DNA of 64,000 nt from Squalus acanthias (Eukaryota). The stretch spans positions 122,018,001 to 122,082,000 of the forward strand of contig CM059431.1 in assembly GCA_030390025.1 (NCBI GenBank), in the 5' to 3' direction. A model generated the notes under the pieces. The model was not told the origin of the DNA, ran no database searches, and worked only from the letters and a program-made list of their open reading frames with translations. Made by a program: the position numbers and the translations under genes. This document shows positions 24,305 to 37,904 of the stretch, piece by piece; the first letter of the stretch is position 1, and each line of letters starts with the position of its first letter.

Positions 24305-25751
24305 TGCAGATTGGAGGGTGGCAAATGTAACCCCACTATTTAAAAAAGGAGGGAGAGAGAAAACACGGAACTACAGACCAGTTAGCCTAACATCAGTAGT
24401 AGGGAAAATGCTCGATGTGATAACAGGACACTTAGAAAATACCAATGGGAGTAGACAAAGTCAACATGGATTTATGAAAGGGAAATCGTGTTTGACAAAC
24501 CTACTGGAGTTTTTTGAGGATGTAACTGGTAGAATAGATAAGGGAGAACCAGTGGATGTGGTGTATTTGGATTTTCAGAAGGCCTTTGATAAAGTCCCAC
24601 ATAAGAGGATAGTGTGCAAAATTAAAGCACATGGGATTGGGGGTAATATACTGGCATGGATTGAAAATTGGTTAACAGACAGGAAACAGAGAGTAGGAAT
24701 AAATGGGTCTTTTTTGGGGTGGCAGGCGGTGACTAGTGGGGTACCACAGGGATCAGTGCTTGGGCCCCAGCTATTCACAATACATATCAATGATTTGGAT
24801 GAGGGAGCCAAATGTAATATTTCCAAGTTTGCTGACGACACAAAACTAGGTGGGATTGTGAGTTGTGAGGAGGATGCAAAAAGGCTTCAAGGCGAATTAG
24901 ACAAGTTGAGTGAGTGGGCAAAAACATGGCAGATGCAGTATAACGTGGATAAATGTGAAGTTATCCACTTCGGTAGGAAAAGCAGAAAGGCAGAGTATTA
25001 TTTAAATGGTGGTAGATTGGGAAATGTTGATGTGCAGAGGCACCTGGATGTCCTTGTACACCAGTCACTGAAAGCAAACATGCAGGTGCAGCAAGCAGTT
25101 AGGAAGGCAAATGGTATGTTGGCCTTCATTACAAGAGGATTTGAGTAAAGGAGCAAAGATGTCTTACTACAGTTATACAGGGCCTTGGTGAGACCACACC
25201 TGGAGTACTGTGTGCAGTTTTGGTCTCCTTACCTAAGAAAGGATATACTTGCCATAGAGGGAGTGCAGCGAAGGAAACCAGACTGATTCCTGGGATGGCA
25301 GGACTGTCGTATGAGGAGAGATTGGGTCGACTAGGCCTGTATTCACTAGAGTTTAGAAGAATGAGAGGGGATCTCATTGAAATGTTCTGACAGGGCTAGA
25401 CAGACTGGATGCAGGGAGGATGTTTCCTCTGGTTGTGGGGTTGAGAACGAGGGGTCACAGTCTCAGGATACGGGGTAGGACATTTAGGACTGAGATGAGG
25501 AGAAATTTCTTCACTCAGAGGGTGGTGAACCTGTGGAATTCTCCACCACAGAAGACTGTGGAGGCCAAGTCACTGAATATATTTAAGAAGGAGATAGATA
25601 GATTTCTAGACACAAAAGGCATCAAGGGGTATGGGGAGAGAGCGGGAATATGGTATTGAGATAGAGGATCAGCCATGATCATATTGAATGGCGGAGCAGG
25701 CTCGAATGGCTAAATGGCCTACTCCTGCTCCTATTTTTCTATGTTTCTATG
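24305..25751 (+). mobile_element. 5'-truncated CR1 LINE (RT region + 3' UTR)
   Basis: ORF 24318-25148 has RT motifs, followed by downstream fragments and a (TTTCTATG)n tail. Confidence 0.95.
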
Positions 25752-26100
25752 AATGCGTCCTATCGGTTGAAATGCCTTTTTTTTAGCTTTTCCAAAGTCT
25801 TTCAGAATTTTTTCTCTTCTGGTGGACAAAACTCTACAGTCAGACCAGGAAGTCATAAATCTAGGCTAATGACTGTTTCAGTTCAGCAAGATCACAAACA
25901 TCTGCAAAGTTCTTCCACATTATAAGATTAATCTGTTACCCCACCCACCCCTGTTTGATTTCTTGAATTAAAAAATATCTTTCTCATAATATTCCTTGCC
26001 CGACAAAAGTTCCCTGCAACTTTCGGCATTTGTTTTCATGATTTCCAAATCAACAGTTCATCAATAATCTCGGTAAAGAGTGTGAAATCCCTTAACTTAC

Positions 26101-26247
26101 CTTTCTCTGTAACACCTGTAGCAAGCTCATTGTTGTTTAAACTTCTTCCAGTTTTCTGCTGGTTTCCAGTTAGGAGTTGCGATTTTTTAAGCAGATGTAA
26201 CGATGAGTAAGGTGAGCGAGCATCCAGTCCACTATTTTCACCGATAT
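26101..26247 (-). CDS. Candidate internal coding exon (147 nt, phase 1-1) of an unidentified host gene
   Basis: ctgtttttctcag|ATATCGGT...GAGAAAG|gtaagt. Only one frame is open: (D)IGENSGLDARSPYSSLHLLKKSQLLTGNQQKTGRSLNNNELATGVTEK. Length is a multiple of 3 and the context is non-repetitive. Confidence 0.5.
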
Positions 26248-26320
26248 CTGAGAAAAACAGAGTGTGGATTTTTTTTCAAATGGCAAGCCAAATATTTGAT
26301 GCAAATAAAGAAAATACTAA

Positions 26321-27079
26321 GGGGGAAAAATTCGCTAGCGACTATTTTGGGTCGCTAACATCGCCTGGGTGCTGAATTCAGCGCCCGGCGAAAAATCGTG
26401 CCGGTGATTGCTAATTTCAGTTTTAGCGCCCCAAGAGGGAGGTGGAGCATTAATTCAAGCGCTCAACTTCCTTCTTAGAGTGCTAACCCCGAATATCGGG
26501 GCGGTGCGTTCTGCAGCGCTACGCACTGGGCCACATAGCACTGCCGCATGGAAGGGCTCTTCCCCTCATTAAAGGGGAGGGCCTAAGCCCACAACTCTGT
26601 GGAGCCCTACCTGGACCACCGGGGAGCGGGGTGCCGTGCCAGCAGCCCGGCACACAAGAGGAGTTCAGGGCTGCCAGATCGCGGCATGGACCTCGTGTTC
26701 AAAGAGGCAACGGGCCGTGACAAGTAAGTCGGCCGATTTTTTTTCCCTCGCCCACCACCTCCCCTTTACTTAGCGCCCCCGCGAGCCTCCTGCCGCTCCG
26801 TTTCCGCCCCCAGAATCGGTCACTGTCATTGCCCGGCACAGATTCAGGGGGCGCGGGCCAATTTTGCAGGCGGGACGAAAACGGGGCGCTACGCATGGTG
26901 ATGACGCCGTTATCGCCTGCGCAGCGGAGCAGGGCGCTACCGGTTACCGCTGCTGCTAAACTCACGCTGAATTTAGCGGGAGTCGTTAACGGTGCTGCTC
27001 CCGGGCGAAAGTCATTTGCGCCCCGTTAGCGCCCCCAGGGGTGCTAACAAGAGGCACAAATGCACCGAATTTCTAGCCC
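26321..27079. mobile_element. Harbinger-like GC-rich MITE
   Basis: GGGGGAAAAATTCG...CGAATTTCTAGCCC termini. Same internal motifs as 5508-6201. Confidence 0.78.
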
Positions 27080-27751
27080 AAAATGTCGACCAGCGTCAGT
27101 CAAAAACAAGTGGGGAAAAGAAGCAACAAGAAATACACAGGAGGACTTGCTGATCAATTATTTTCACAACTGTGTGAAAAAACATCAGCTAGGAACTCAA
27201 AGCCTCAATCATTTATTAATTCAATATGACTACCATGAACCATGCACTTTGAGATGAGAAGTGCTATAGAAATCTATCATCTGAGATGGAGAGAAAATGA
27301 ATTAATTTCTGACTGCAATGCAGCAAAATAAAGTATCTGCAGTTCACCACAGAATGTCAGGCACAAACAAGAACTGGATCCAATCAAAGTGACTCAAAAG
27401 CAAAGCATGCACTGTCCCTTTGCATCTGAAGAGAGATCCGGAGCACCTTACAAATGAACAAGTAAAAATACTGAAAGAATATAGATAGCATACAATACAT
27501 AGAATAATGTTGGAGGAAGGCTATAAGAATTAACAAGGAGAACGCTTCACTGCAAATGTAATAGATTTCACAATATGAAGATGACATTTCCATTTCTTTC
27601 CTATCTTAAATATTGCTCTGTAAGCAGCATGCCAGTGTTAGTCTTAGAAAAACATTTTTAGTCATTTTTATTCTATTTTATTCTAAATAAAGACCTCAAT
27701 TTCATAAAACAAGTCAGAATAAACCTGCCACGACAATGTTTAAGAGTAGTT

Positions 27752-27946
27752 GGGGGTAAATTTGGCTTTGTGGGATAGTATAAAATGGGTGATAGCAAAG
27801 TGGCAGTTCCTTTTACATCTCCCTCGATGTTTCCATTGAAGTTTCGATCCCACTTTCATTGAAGTCAATGGAAATAAAAATCAGGAGGGATGTGAAACGG
27901 GCCAAACACTCGTTTTACTCTATTACATAAAGTCAAAATTACCCCC
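27752..27946. mobile_element. Palindromic MITE
   Basis: gggggtaaattt...aaaattaccccc termini with a central cattgaagtcaatg palindrome. Confidence 0.7.
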
Positions 27947-28452
27947 ATTGAGTGGCTTACTACTGTTGCACTTGTGTTTAACCTCCAGTAGTAGGTTTAG
28001 TGAATATGCTAATAATCAGCTCAGTAAGTGAGATATAATAACAATTTAATAACAAATGGCATAGGAGAGGGGGGTGGCTAGGAACTAATGTTACGACTTT
28101 TTACCAACTTGATCAAAGATCTCAGAAACGATTCTATACTTTAGAGTTATATACTACTTTTATCCATATTCTAAAAACTTTTGTAAGCAGGGATATAATT
28201 CAGAGTTTTATGCTTCAGTGTTAATGCTCAGCCTCAGGTCATATTTTCATATATCAGATTTTTATATCTCCCTAAATCAGTGTTAATAATATATTAACAA
28301 CAACATACTGTAGGGAATTTCAGGTTTGCTTTTGTGCCTAGACTGAAATTGTAATTATTTCTGTTTGGCGAAACTGTATGTGACAAAAATGAAGCATGTT
28401 TGTCCAATATCTATCATGGTGTTCGTTTCCTTCTTTCGGTCTCGGCACATAT

Positions 28453-28718
28453 GGGGGTAGAAATTGGCATGCATCGTGCCCATTTTTTTGCCAAATTTGG
28501 CATTGGGGTCCTATAGCAGGGTGTTGGGCCCCTGATAAGCATATTCACAGGGCCTCGTGTCCATTTTAGGCGATTGCCCCAGGCACTCAGAAGGTGCCAG
28601 CTGCCAATCTGGCAGCACTTCTGGGGGATTCAGGCACAGGACATCACGCCCAGAAATTGGTCCCCATCTCTTCTTTATGGGCTAGAAATCGAGCATGATG
28701 GGGACCAATTTCTTCCCC
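28453..28718. mobile_element. Harbinger-type MITE
   Basis: gggggtagaaattgg...ccaatttcttcccc termini with exact 3-bp TSD TAT. Confidence 0.78.
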
Positions 28719-28945
28719 TATATGCCTACAGTTTGAGTTCTAAATTGTTGCCTATTTTTATCATGCTGCAGTATGGCTTTGCATGGTTAGCCTCCAATGA
28801 GCTGTTTCTCTCATGGCAGGACTGCACTTCTATTAACTGTAAGGATTGCTCAGCACAAAATGATTTACAGTTTATGAGGGTACAATTTTTTGACATGCCA
28901 ATCTGGTGCAGGTACTTTATATTCAAAACTGTACTTTAGCCTTAC

Positions 28946-29003
28946 CTAAGCAGATTTCTTCTCCCTGACCTGTGTCCAAGTGCAATGCTTCATTAAACAG
29001 CAT
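28946..29003 (-). CDS. Candidate first coding segment MLFNEALHLDTGQGEEICL, phase-compatible with the 26101-26247 exon
   Basis: ATG directly after an in-frame TAA. 58 nt ending TTAG|gtaagg (phase 1). Confidence 0.3.
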
Positions 29004-29516
29004 TTACTCGCTGCAGTTTGTTTTGAAGCCTATTGAACTGGGCATATTTGGGGAGGTGCCCTTCTATAACATACTAGAGAGCCCTCCTTCCCCTTATTTC
29101 AGGAATGAGCACTTCCAGTGGCTGGTCATCAAAATGGGTCGTATTAACTTTTCACGCCTGTATTTTTCAGGAATTCTGCTGTGTAGACCTTTAGCTTGCT
29201 TTCCCCTGCACAAATGCTGGAGTTTAAGAGCCTTCTTAAGCCATTTAACTGCTGCTGTGCCTATAAATCAGTCCGAATGCTTCATTGGTTAGCCCACAGG
29301 CACTACCTCACATCATTTACTCCTGCAGCTGAAAACACCAATTGTGGAGATTAATGGTCAAGAAAAAAATTCTCACAGAAGTTTTCAGCAACCCTCATTT
29401 AACCCTTGACATGCACATCAATAGCAATCTATAGACTATAGTCAGTGTAGCTGATATTTCTGGTACAGCAACAAGTCGTTCTTCATTCCTGAGGAATCTT
29501 GAACAGATGAGAGATC

Positions 29517-29600
29517 ATCAGTTCTGACGAAAGGTAAATCGCCCTGAAACGTTGACTCTGTTTCTCTCTCCACAGATGCTGCCTGACCTGCTGAGCATGT
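29517..29600 (+). mobile_element. Degenerate Penelope pLTR end fragment with hammerhead-like motif
   Basis: cagttCTGACGAaaggtaaatcgccctGAAACGTTgactctgtttctctctccacagatgctgcctgacctgctgag is homologous to 55064-55140. Confidence 0.75.
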
Positions 29601-29893
29601 TGAGAGGTACATGCTTGATCATTTGAACTTGTTGGTAGAACCTCAAATCCATCTTCAGTGATGACACAAATCAGCAGCTGTGAGAATTTAGTTATGTGAT
29701 GTGTGCAACATGGGGTCACCAAGAAGTAATAATTAATAATGGCATGGCCAAGAAATATCATCACTGTTTCCTTGAGCATCTTACTCTTGCTACAATCGTA
29801 AAACTGAGAGAACAGGTAACTTTCTTGTTCCTAATTTGAACTTCCTCGTGCCAAGTCTGATATATATTTCAAAATATTTTTGCTTATAATAAT

Positions 29894-30790
29894 GTCCCAG
29901 ATTTTGCGGTAATAATAACAGTGAGGTTATCAGTGCTCGCCATTATTATGGGGTAAATCGGACAGCAACTTCTGGTGTTCGCACATGTGCAGTTAAATGC
30001 GGAAATCCGGGAGTTGCTATCTGAAGTACCCTGCTCCTCCACAGGGTGCGCTGTTGCAGTCCTCGCCCATAGACTCAGCATTGAAGTGTCAGCAATAGTA
30101 TGAACTTGCTGTACCTGCTCACTAGTTTCGCACTAAAAACGGCTGAAAAAGTTAGGGCTGGTGCATTCAGGAGCAAGTGGGGGTGAAATTTGACATGGGC
30201 GGGAACGCAAAGCGGGTGGAATCGCATCTGACACCCGTTATATGTCCCGTCCAATATTCCGTTCCATTGATTTCAATAGAACTTAATATCGGGCAGGGCG
30301 TATAACGGGCGACAGATGCGATACTGCCCGTTTTGCATCACTGTCCAAGTCGAATTTCACCCCCAGTGAGTTTTTAATGCCGTGATAAGTGATAATTACT
30401 GCTGAACAATCTCCCTGGCCCTGAAAATTTAGTTTTACTAATGTGAGGTCTCATTCCCTCAGAAGAAAACCAGTGTTGGGGATTTTTAAAAAATTCAAAT
30501 AACTTTTTTTTACTTTTTCTGTCTGTCTCTTTTATCTCTCTCCCTTAATCCCATTTGTATTTCCCAATCTTTATTTGTTTTCTTACATTATTTAAATCTA
30601 ATTTATATTTCTTGCTTTATACTTCCTGGTTGAGGCTCTGCTTGTCTCAGTGAAGATTCTTCAATTTGATTGGTTGAAGAGCCTCATGCTCACAGATGCC
30701 ACAGATCCCCTGTAGGGGGCGTCGCGCTGGACCAGACGCCGGATTAGAGCAAGTCTGTGCTCTAAAGACAGCTGACTGCAAAATCTGGAC
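29894..30790. mobile_element. Non-autonomous DNA transposon with a nested palindromic MITE (30179-30364)
   Basis: Outer ccagattttgc...gcaaaatctgg inverted termini. Inner gggggtgaaattt...aatttcaccccc with a central ccattgatttcaatag palindrome. Confidence 0.7.
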
Positions 30791-30939
30791 CATCGTTGCA
30801 TATACATTGCAAAACCACTTCTAATGGAAGGGAAGGAGATGGGTGCAGGCCATCATGGTATAGCAATGGCACATCAGCAGGCACGATCCACTGCTCATAT
30901 TGCAGTCCTCAGTGCTGTGGGCCAGAGTTTGGACAACAT

Positions 30940-31110
30940 GGAGATGAATTTCCGTGCGGGTCTCTCGCTGGTCCACTGTGACTTTGGTAGAACCTACGGA
31001 AACCCCAGGAAAATAGCGTCAACACTGTTGACACATTTTTCCTGCGTTTCCATGGCGCTTCTGCCAAAGTTATGATGAACCAGCGGGAAAACCATTGAGG
31101 AAATTCAGCA
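30940..31110. mobile_element. Palindromic MITE
   Basis: gatgaatttcc...ggaaattcagc ends, actttggtagaa / ttctgccaaagt arms, centre gtcaacactgttgac. Confidence 0.65.
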
Positions 31111-32094
31111 CCCCCCTCCCCATACTTTTTTGAGTGGAAAACATTTATGGAGCACTCTATATTCCCAGAGGGAGATTGTTTTGTCCTCAGCTACATATAT
31201 AGCCACTGAATGTTCTAAAGTGTCTTCATCAGCTGATTTATTCAGGTGATTTTTTTTCTTTAATGGTAGTTTGGGATTACAGTTTCGGAAGTAAATCATT
31301 TTTAGTTTATATATCATTTTGCGTGGGTGTGTATATATTTATATTTTTTTTCTTTTAGTGGGTCTTGACAATAATGCAAAATAAACAGTACCAGGTTGCA
31401 AGCATCATTGCTATGGAGGTAGGATGACAATTCAGTGAACAGTAAAACAAATGAAGAAGTACATTTCCTACACGGGTGACTGCTTTCATAAAATATCTAA
31501 GCCTTTAAGTCGTGAATAGCTGCAGAAAAGTGATCAATCATCATAAGACTTCCATAATAGGGTAGATTTAGCAGTGGAATGGAAATGGAAAGCTTACATT
31601 CAAACACATCACCAGTACTTTAACATTTCTAGTCGGTATTCCTGGACACCAAGGATTCCTGATATTGTGCTTATATTGCAATGTGACAAGGCTGCTGTTT
31701 CTCTGATTTCCGTGCACTGATGGCAACAATTTAGCATGTGCAAGATTATATATGTGTAGCTGTTCAGAAGTCATGATCCCACATTTAAAGCAATTGAACA
31801 TGCACAGTTGCTTTCATGTTGATGTTTGTATCTTTAAGTTTCAGACCATGGACCGTTGCCAATGTCAGGGATCCTGCAGCCAAAGCAAATAGGAATCGTG
31901 CAGTTTCCAGAATGACTAGTGGTTGTTTTGTCCATCTGTAATATTCCAACCCATGCAGTGCAGGGACATGCCATTTCTTGTTAATTCTCCTGCAGCCAGA
32001 GATGTGTTAGAGGTTAAGATTTAGAGATAGCAAAGGATTCGATTTATGCTATATTCCGTTGTATATTAATTCTATCGTTAAAAAGCAGCTGACA

Positions 32095-32585
32095 GAAAGA
32101 AAGAGAGAAAGAGAGAAAGAGAGAGAAAGAGAGAAAGAAAGAAAGAAAGAACTTGCATTTATATAGCACCGTTCATGACATCTGGATGTCCCGAAGTGCT
32201 TTATGCTAATGAAGTACTTTTGAAGTGTAGTCACTGTTGTAACGTAGGAATCGCGGCAGCCAATTCGCACACAGCAAGCTCCCACAAATAGCAATGCGAT
32301 AATGACCAGATAATCTGTTTTAATGATGTTTGTTGAGGGATAAATATTGGCCAGGACACTTGGGAGAACTCCTTTGCTCTTCTTCGAAATAGTGTCATGA
32401 GTTCTTTTACGGCCACCTTAGAGGGCACACGGACTTTAATGGTTTAAAGCCTCATCCAAAAGATGTCACCTCCGACGCAACATCAGTACTGCACTGGAGT
32501 GTCAGTCTAGATTCTAGAGTGGGACTTAAATCCATGACCTTCTAACTCAGAAGCGAGAGTGCTACCACCGAGCCAAGGCAGCACC
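32095..32585 (-). mobile_element. Full-length SacSINE1-like Deu-SINE with expanded (TTTC/TCTC)n tail
   Basis: tRNA-like head on the minus strand (ccttggctcggtggtagcactctcgcttctgag), Deu-like core, L2-like tail, and microsatellite at 32095-32150. Confidence 0.85.
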
Positions 32586-33921
32586 TATCTGACAAGATGC
32601 ATACAGAAGTCAGAAGAGGCATGCTTCTGGGTTAGGTCACACATTGTTTACATTTAGAGGTTAAGTTATCTGTAACTAATGATAATAATACATTCTATGC
32701 CAAACTAACCCTAAACACCAGGCTGTTAGTCTTGGAACCATGGACATCAGGATAGAGACGTAAATGTTTAGGTAGCCTGAAACATCTTGATACACGCTGA
32801 CACGGACTGGTACCGAAAGTGGGTAAAGTCTTATGGAAAGCAGATGCCTATGGGTTAGTGCAGCTAGAAACAGCATAAATGGGGTGAGATCGTAGCCAGA
32901 AGTTAGATGAAGAATCAGAAGGAGGAGAGAAAATTGATCTGAACTGGCTGTAATATGCGTTCTTCTACAGCAAAAACATCTTTTGTAATCTTGGTGTGAG
33001 TATATGTTCACTTACTCTTTAACAAATGAGCAAAGTGCTTGACTCCACCTCTCGAGCTCATCCTTGGCATATAGACACAGGAGTGCAGCCTTTGTCTATA
33101 TTATTACAAAAATACACATTCCAACAGTTGGTGCTGGCTCTGATGTCAGCAGCTTATGAGGGTGATTCCATGATCCAGTACTACCAGTGGATGGGCTGAT
33201 GCTTGCAGGGGGGCGCAATTGAGTGCACACAGCCCAGGAATTTCCATCCATAAAAATTAAATGAACAAAAACTGATGGGCCGTGATTTGGCAATTTTGCA
33301 AGACACAGTTCCAGTGATGCAGCACTGGGTCACAGAATCAATCCTTGTATTGCAGCCTTACCTCAATCACTCTTTCTGAAAATAAAATGAAACAACTAGA
33401 AATTCTGTAATTCCCACTTCTCTGCAAGAAATGTGATGGGGCAGGACTCTGCCAACATATCTACCCTTACCCTGAAGCCAACCCAAATCCTGGACATGGG
33501 GCTATTCGAATAATAAGAGCGTGCGACTGCACCATTAATGATTTCACTATGGCACCCGCCGCAGCATTGCCGGAGCCATTCCCAGCCATTTACTGATTCA
33601 TGGAACTGGTGGGATTTCCTAGGAATCTCAGAAACCCGCCAGTCTTGCCTCTAAAAATGAGGTCACAACCGAGGGATGGATGGAAGAAGTGCCCACCACC
33701 TCCCTCAAAAATATTCAATGAGGCAAGGAAGGGGTGGAAACCTGGCGGAAATAGGTTCTGGTCCAAATTCCTCTCCCTCATCGAGATTGTGCTAATTCCA
33801 CACTCTCATTGGAATTTCTACCGCTAAATGTTGAGTAGCTACAGTGGAATTCCAACACAAGAGTCTGAGAAATCATTTGTTATATATTGTGTGACTGTCA
33901 CGATTAATGAACTTACTGATT

Positions 33922-35540
33922 TCATAGAATCATAGAATCATAGAATGGTTACAGCACAGAAGGAGGCCATTCGGCGGTCGAGCCCGTGCCAGCTCTCTGC
34001 AAGAGCACTTCAGCTAGTCCCACTCCCCCTGCCCTTTCCCTGTAGCCCTGCAATTTTTTTTCCTTCAGGTACTTATCCAATTCCCTTTTAAAAGCCATAA
34101 TTTTGTCTGCCTCCACCATCCTTTCAGGCAGTGCACTCCAGATCCTACTCATTTGCTGCATAAAATAGATTTTCCTCATATCACCTTTGGTTCTTTTGCC
34201 AATCACCTTAAATCTGTGACCTCTGGTTCTCAACCCTTCTGCCAATGGGAACAGTTTCTCTCTATCTACTCTGTCTAGATCCCTCATGATTTTGAATACC
34301 ACTCTCAAATCTCCACTCAACCTTCTCTGCTCTAAGGAGAACAACCCCAGCTTCTCTAGTCTATCCATGTAACTGAAGTCCCTCATCCCTGGTAGCATTC
34401 TCGTAAATCTTTTCTGCACCCACTCTAAGGGCTTCACATCCTTCTTAAAGTGCGGTGCGGATAATTGGACACAATACTCCAGTTGAAGCCGAATCAGCAT
34501 TTTAGAAAGGTTCATCATAACTTCTTCGCTTTTGTACTCCATGCCTCTATTTAAGAAGCCCAGGATCCCATATGCTTTGTTAACTGCTTTCTCAACCTGC
34601 CCTGCCACCTTCAAAGATTTGTGCACATATACCCCCAGGTCTCTCTGTTCATGCATCCCCTTTAGGATTGTAGCCTTTTGTTTATATTGCCTCTCCTCGT
34701 TCTTTCATCTGCCACGTGTCCGCCCATTTCACCAGCCTGTCTATGTTTTCTTGAAATCTATCACTATCCACCTCACTGTTCAATATACTTCCAAGTTTTG
34801 TGTCATCTGCAAATTTTGAAATTGTGCCCTGTACTCCCAAGTCCAAGTCATTAATATATATCAAGAAAAACAGTGGACCTAGTACTGACCCCTGAGGAAC
34901 ACCACTGCTTACCTTCCTCCAGTCCGAAAAATAATCGTTCACCACTGCTCTCTGTTTGCTGTCACTTAGCCAATTTTGTATCCATGCTGCCACTGTCCCT
35001 TTTATTCCCTGGGCTTTAACTTTGCTGGCAAGCCTATTATGTGGTACTTTATCAAATGCCTTTTGGAAATCCATGTACACCACGTCAACCGCGTTGCCCT
35101 CATCAACCCTCTCTGTTACCGCATCAAAAAACACCATCAAGTTAGGTAAACATGATTTGCCTTTAACAAATCCATGCTGGCTTTCCTTAATTAATCCATA
35201 CTTGTCCAGGTGACTGTTAACTTTGTCCCAGATTATCGTTTCTAAAAGCTTCCCCACTATCGAGGTTAAACTGACTGGCCTGTAGTTGCTGGGTTTATCC
35301 TTACACCCTTTTTTGAACAAGGGTGTAACATTTTCAATTCTCCAGTCCTCTGGCACCTGTATCTAAGGAGAATTGAAGATTATGGCCAGTACCTCTGTGA
35401 TTTCCTCCTTAATCTCCCTCAGCATCCTAGGATGCATCCCATCCAGTCCTGGTGACTTATCAACTTTAAGTACAGACAGCCTTTCTAGTACCTCCTCTTT
35501 ATCAATTTTTATCTCATCCAGTATCTCCACTACCTCTTCT
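33922..35540 (-). mobile_element. 5'-truncated CR1 LINE (RT region), with internal deletion
   Basis: ORFs 34682-35356 and 33949-34656 carry CR1 RT motifs. (CATAGAAT)n tail at ~33922-33946. Confidence 0.95.
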
Positions 35541-35756
35541 TTTCAGTTGGTAAACTAATATGTAGAAGATGAAAACTATAAACAGAAATCAATGACCACT
35601 AGCAGTGTTGAAAGCTGCTTGACCTCATTTTATTTATATGTATTTAAAAGTGTATATTTTGTGTGTATAGGGTCTCACACTTACAAGTATCTGTGAGTGG
35701 GGTCAGGATGAAAAATCAAAATTGGCTCAAATATCATATTACTAAAAGACCAACTA

Positions 35757-36410
35757 TTAACAATAACAACTTGCATTTATATAGCGCCTTTAATGTAGTA
35801 AAATGTCCCAAAGTGCTTCACATGAGGGTTATCAAACAAAATTTGACACTGAGCCACATAAAGCGATATTAGGACATGTGACCAAAGGTTTGGTCAAAGA
35901 GGTTGGTTTTAAGGAGCACCTTAAAGAAGGAGAAAGAGGTAGAGAGGAGGAGAGGTATAGGGAGGGGATTCCAGAGCTAAGGGCCTAGGCAGCTAAATGC
36001 ACCGCCACCAATGGTGCTGTGATGGAAATCGGGAATGCGCAAGAGGCCAGAATTGGAGGAGCGCAAAGATCTCGGAAGGTTGTCGGGCTGGAGAAGGTTA
36101 CAGAGATAGGGAGAGGCGAGGTCATGGAGGGATTTGAACACAAGGACGAGAATTTTAAATTTGAGGCATTGCCGGACCAGGAGCCAATGTGGATCAGCAC
36201 GCACAGGGGTAATGGGTGAATAGGACTTGGTGTGATTTAGAATACGGACAGCAGAGTTTTGGATGAGCTGAAGTTTATGGTGGGAGGAAGGTGGGAGGTC
36301 GGCCAAGAAAGCATTGGAATAGTCAAGTCTGCAAGTGACAATGGCATGGATGAGGGTTTCAGCAGCCGATTGGCTGAGTCAGGAGCCGAGATGAGCAATA
36401 TTACAAATAA
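35757..36410 (-). mobile_element. L2 LINE 3' fragment
   Basis: KLQLIQNSAVRIL..ITPV..HWL peptide. The 3' end (gctatataaatgcaagttgtt) is homologous to 43900-44490. Confidence 0.9.
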
Positions 36411-36774
36411 CTGTCTGAAATGAATGATGCTGATTGAGTAAAATCCACTTTCGATTAGGAAAAGCAATTAGCTGTAAATGCAAATCAAAACAATAGCCAC
36501 TTCCAAACTACCAATGACCACCTCCATTTACTACACAGCTAGGAAACAATCATCAACCAGCAAGGAACCACAGAACCTGTCAATCAGATGATTCAATTCA
36601 TTTTTAAGGTCAGTTATACAGCCATGTTGCATTCTAACCCAAAGCACTACATACCGCCAAAAATTAAATTTAGAACATTAATGGACTGATTTTCTTCAAC
36701 CTTTGACCTGAAATTGTGCTTTACTATTTGGGAACAAGTATTTCCTAGTTCTGTATTTGGGGATATTTGTCATC

Positions 36775-37120
36775 TGTCACCATTCCCCTCACGTAATGAG
36801 AATCACCTTTGTGGTCCCACTGTATTTGTGCTGCTTGGGGGAAGTGGAGGAGGATGAGCAAGAATTGTGGGAAACCAAGGGAATCCGACAGCATCGGAGG
36901 AGAAGGGTTCATACCGTGCCCAACGGAATAATCTGCCAGGTTCAAATTCACCAGAGAGACCATGGCTGAGCAGTATTACTAGTTACAAGTCCTGCATCTA
37001 CACAGCAGGACAAGCACACGACAACCAGCAACAGTCGAAGTGTTATCCACCTCAGACTCTTTCTAGGGGGCCAGTGGGTACATCACTAATATCGGTCAGT
37101 CCTCAGTGCAACATTGAATA
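36775..37120 (+). pseudogene. Old Harbinger transposase N-terminal fragment
   Basis: Frameshifted peptides ARFKFTRETMAE and SF*GASGYITNIGQSSVQH resemble the Harbinger transposase HTH region. Confidence 0.45.
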
Positions 37121-37904
37121 AAGAATTAGATTGATAAATTCTTGGCTCGAGTAAACAATTGCATCACTTTCTGCATGTGTAAGAGGGAGGAAGTGCAGAT
37201 CAGATTGGATAGGTTGATGAGGAAAAAGGGAAGATGAAATATGGGAGCACGGTAGATAAATGTGATTCAGACTGTTTACTCACATGGAGGGTAAAAACCG
37301 ACATGGACTTGTTAGCTGGAATGGACTGCTTCCGTGTTGTACCTTCTATACATTTCTATTGAGAGAGCCAGATGAGGAAATTTGGCCTAATAAATACATT
37401 AAAAATGCTGCATTACTTTAATTCAAATCACTTGCTTAGAATCTCTGATGGGAGATCAGTGGAACCCCTCGATATATAACATAAATAGCTAAAAACGGCA
37501 GGAAATTGGGAGAACTCCGTGGAAATTCAAGACCATTAAGTTTACCCATTGCAGATCAGAATTGCATGAATTAATTTTCCCTGTACAGGCCTGCCCTTCT
37601 CTCTTTGGCCTGGATATTGAATTATACTGCATCCGAAACCTAGCAGTGCTCACTTTATCGTCATTGCTGGTGCTTCTTGGGCTCTGCATATGCCTAAGCT
37701 CAGTGCCTGTCACTGTCTATTTTAGATATCTGCACATGTGTAGGGTGGCAGTGCTATTCATTACCATTTTGGTCAAATATGACTTTGTTCATGGCTTTTG
37801 TTTTATTATTTTCCTCTAAAGCTTCCTCGATGTTTCTCAGCAGCTCACTCCCAGGCTGCACCCCTCATCAATAATGATTTAAATAAAAGTACAAAACCAA
37901 GTCC

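Noticed and set aside
35671..35692. 6-nt minus-strand or 22-nt plus-strand microexon
   Set aside because: Splice-like motifs fit both strands equally well, so they cannot be distinguished from chance without RNA data.
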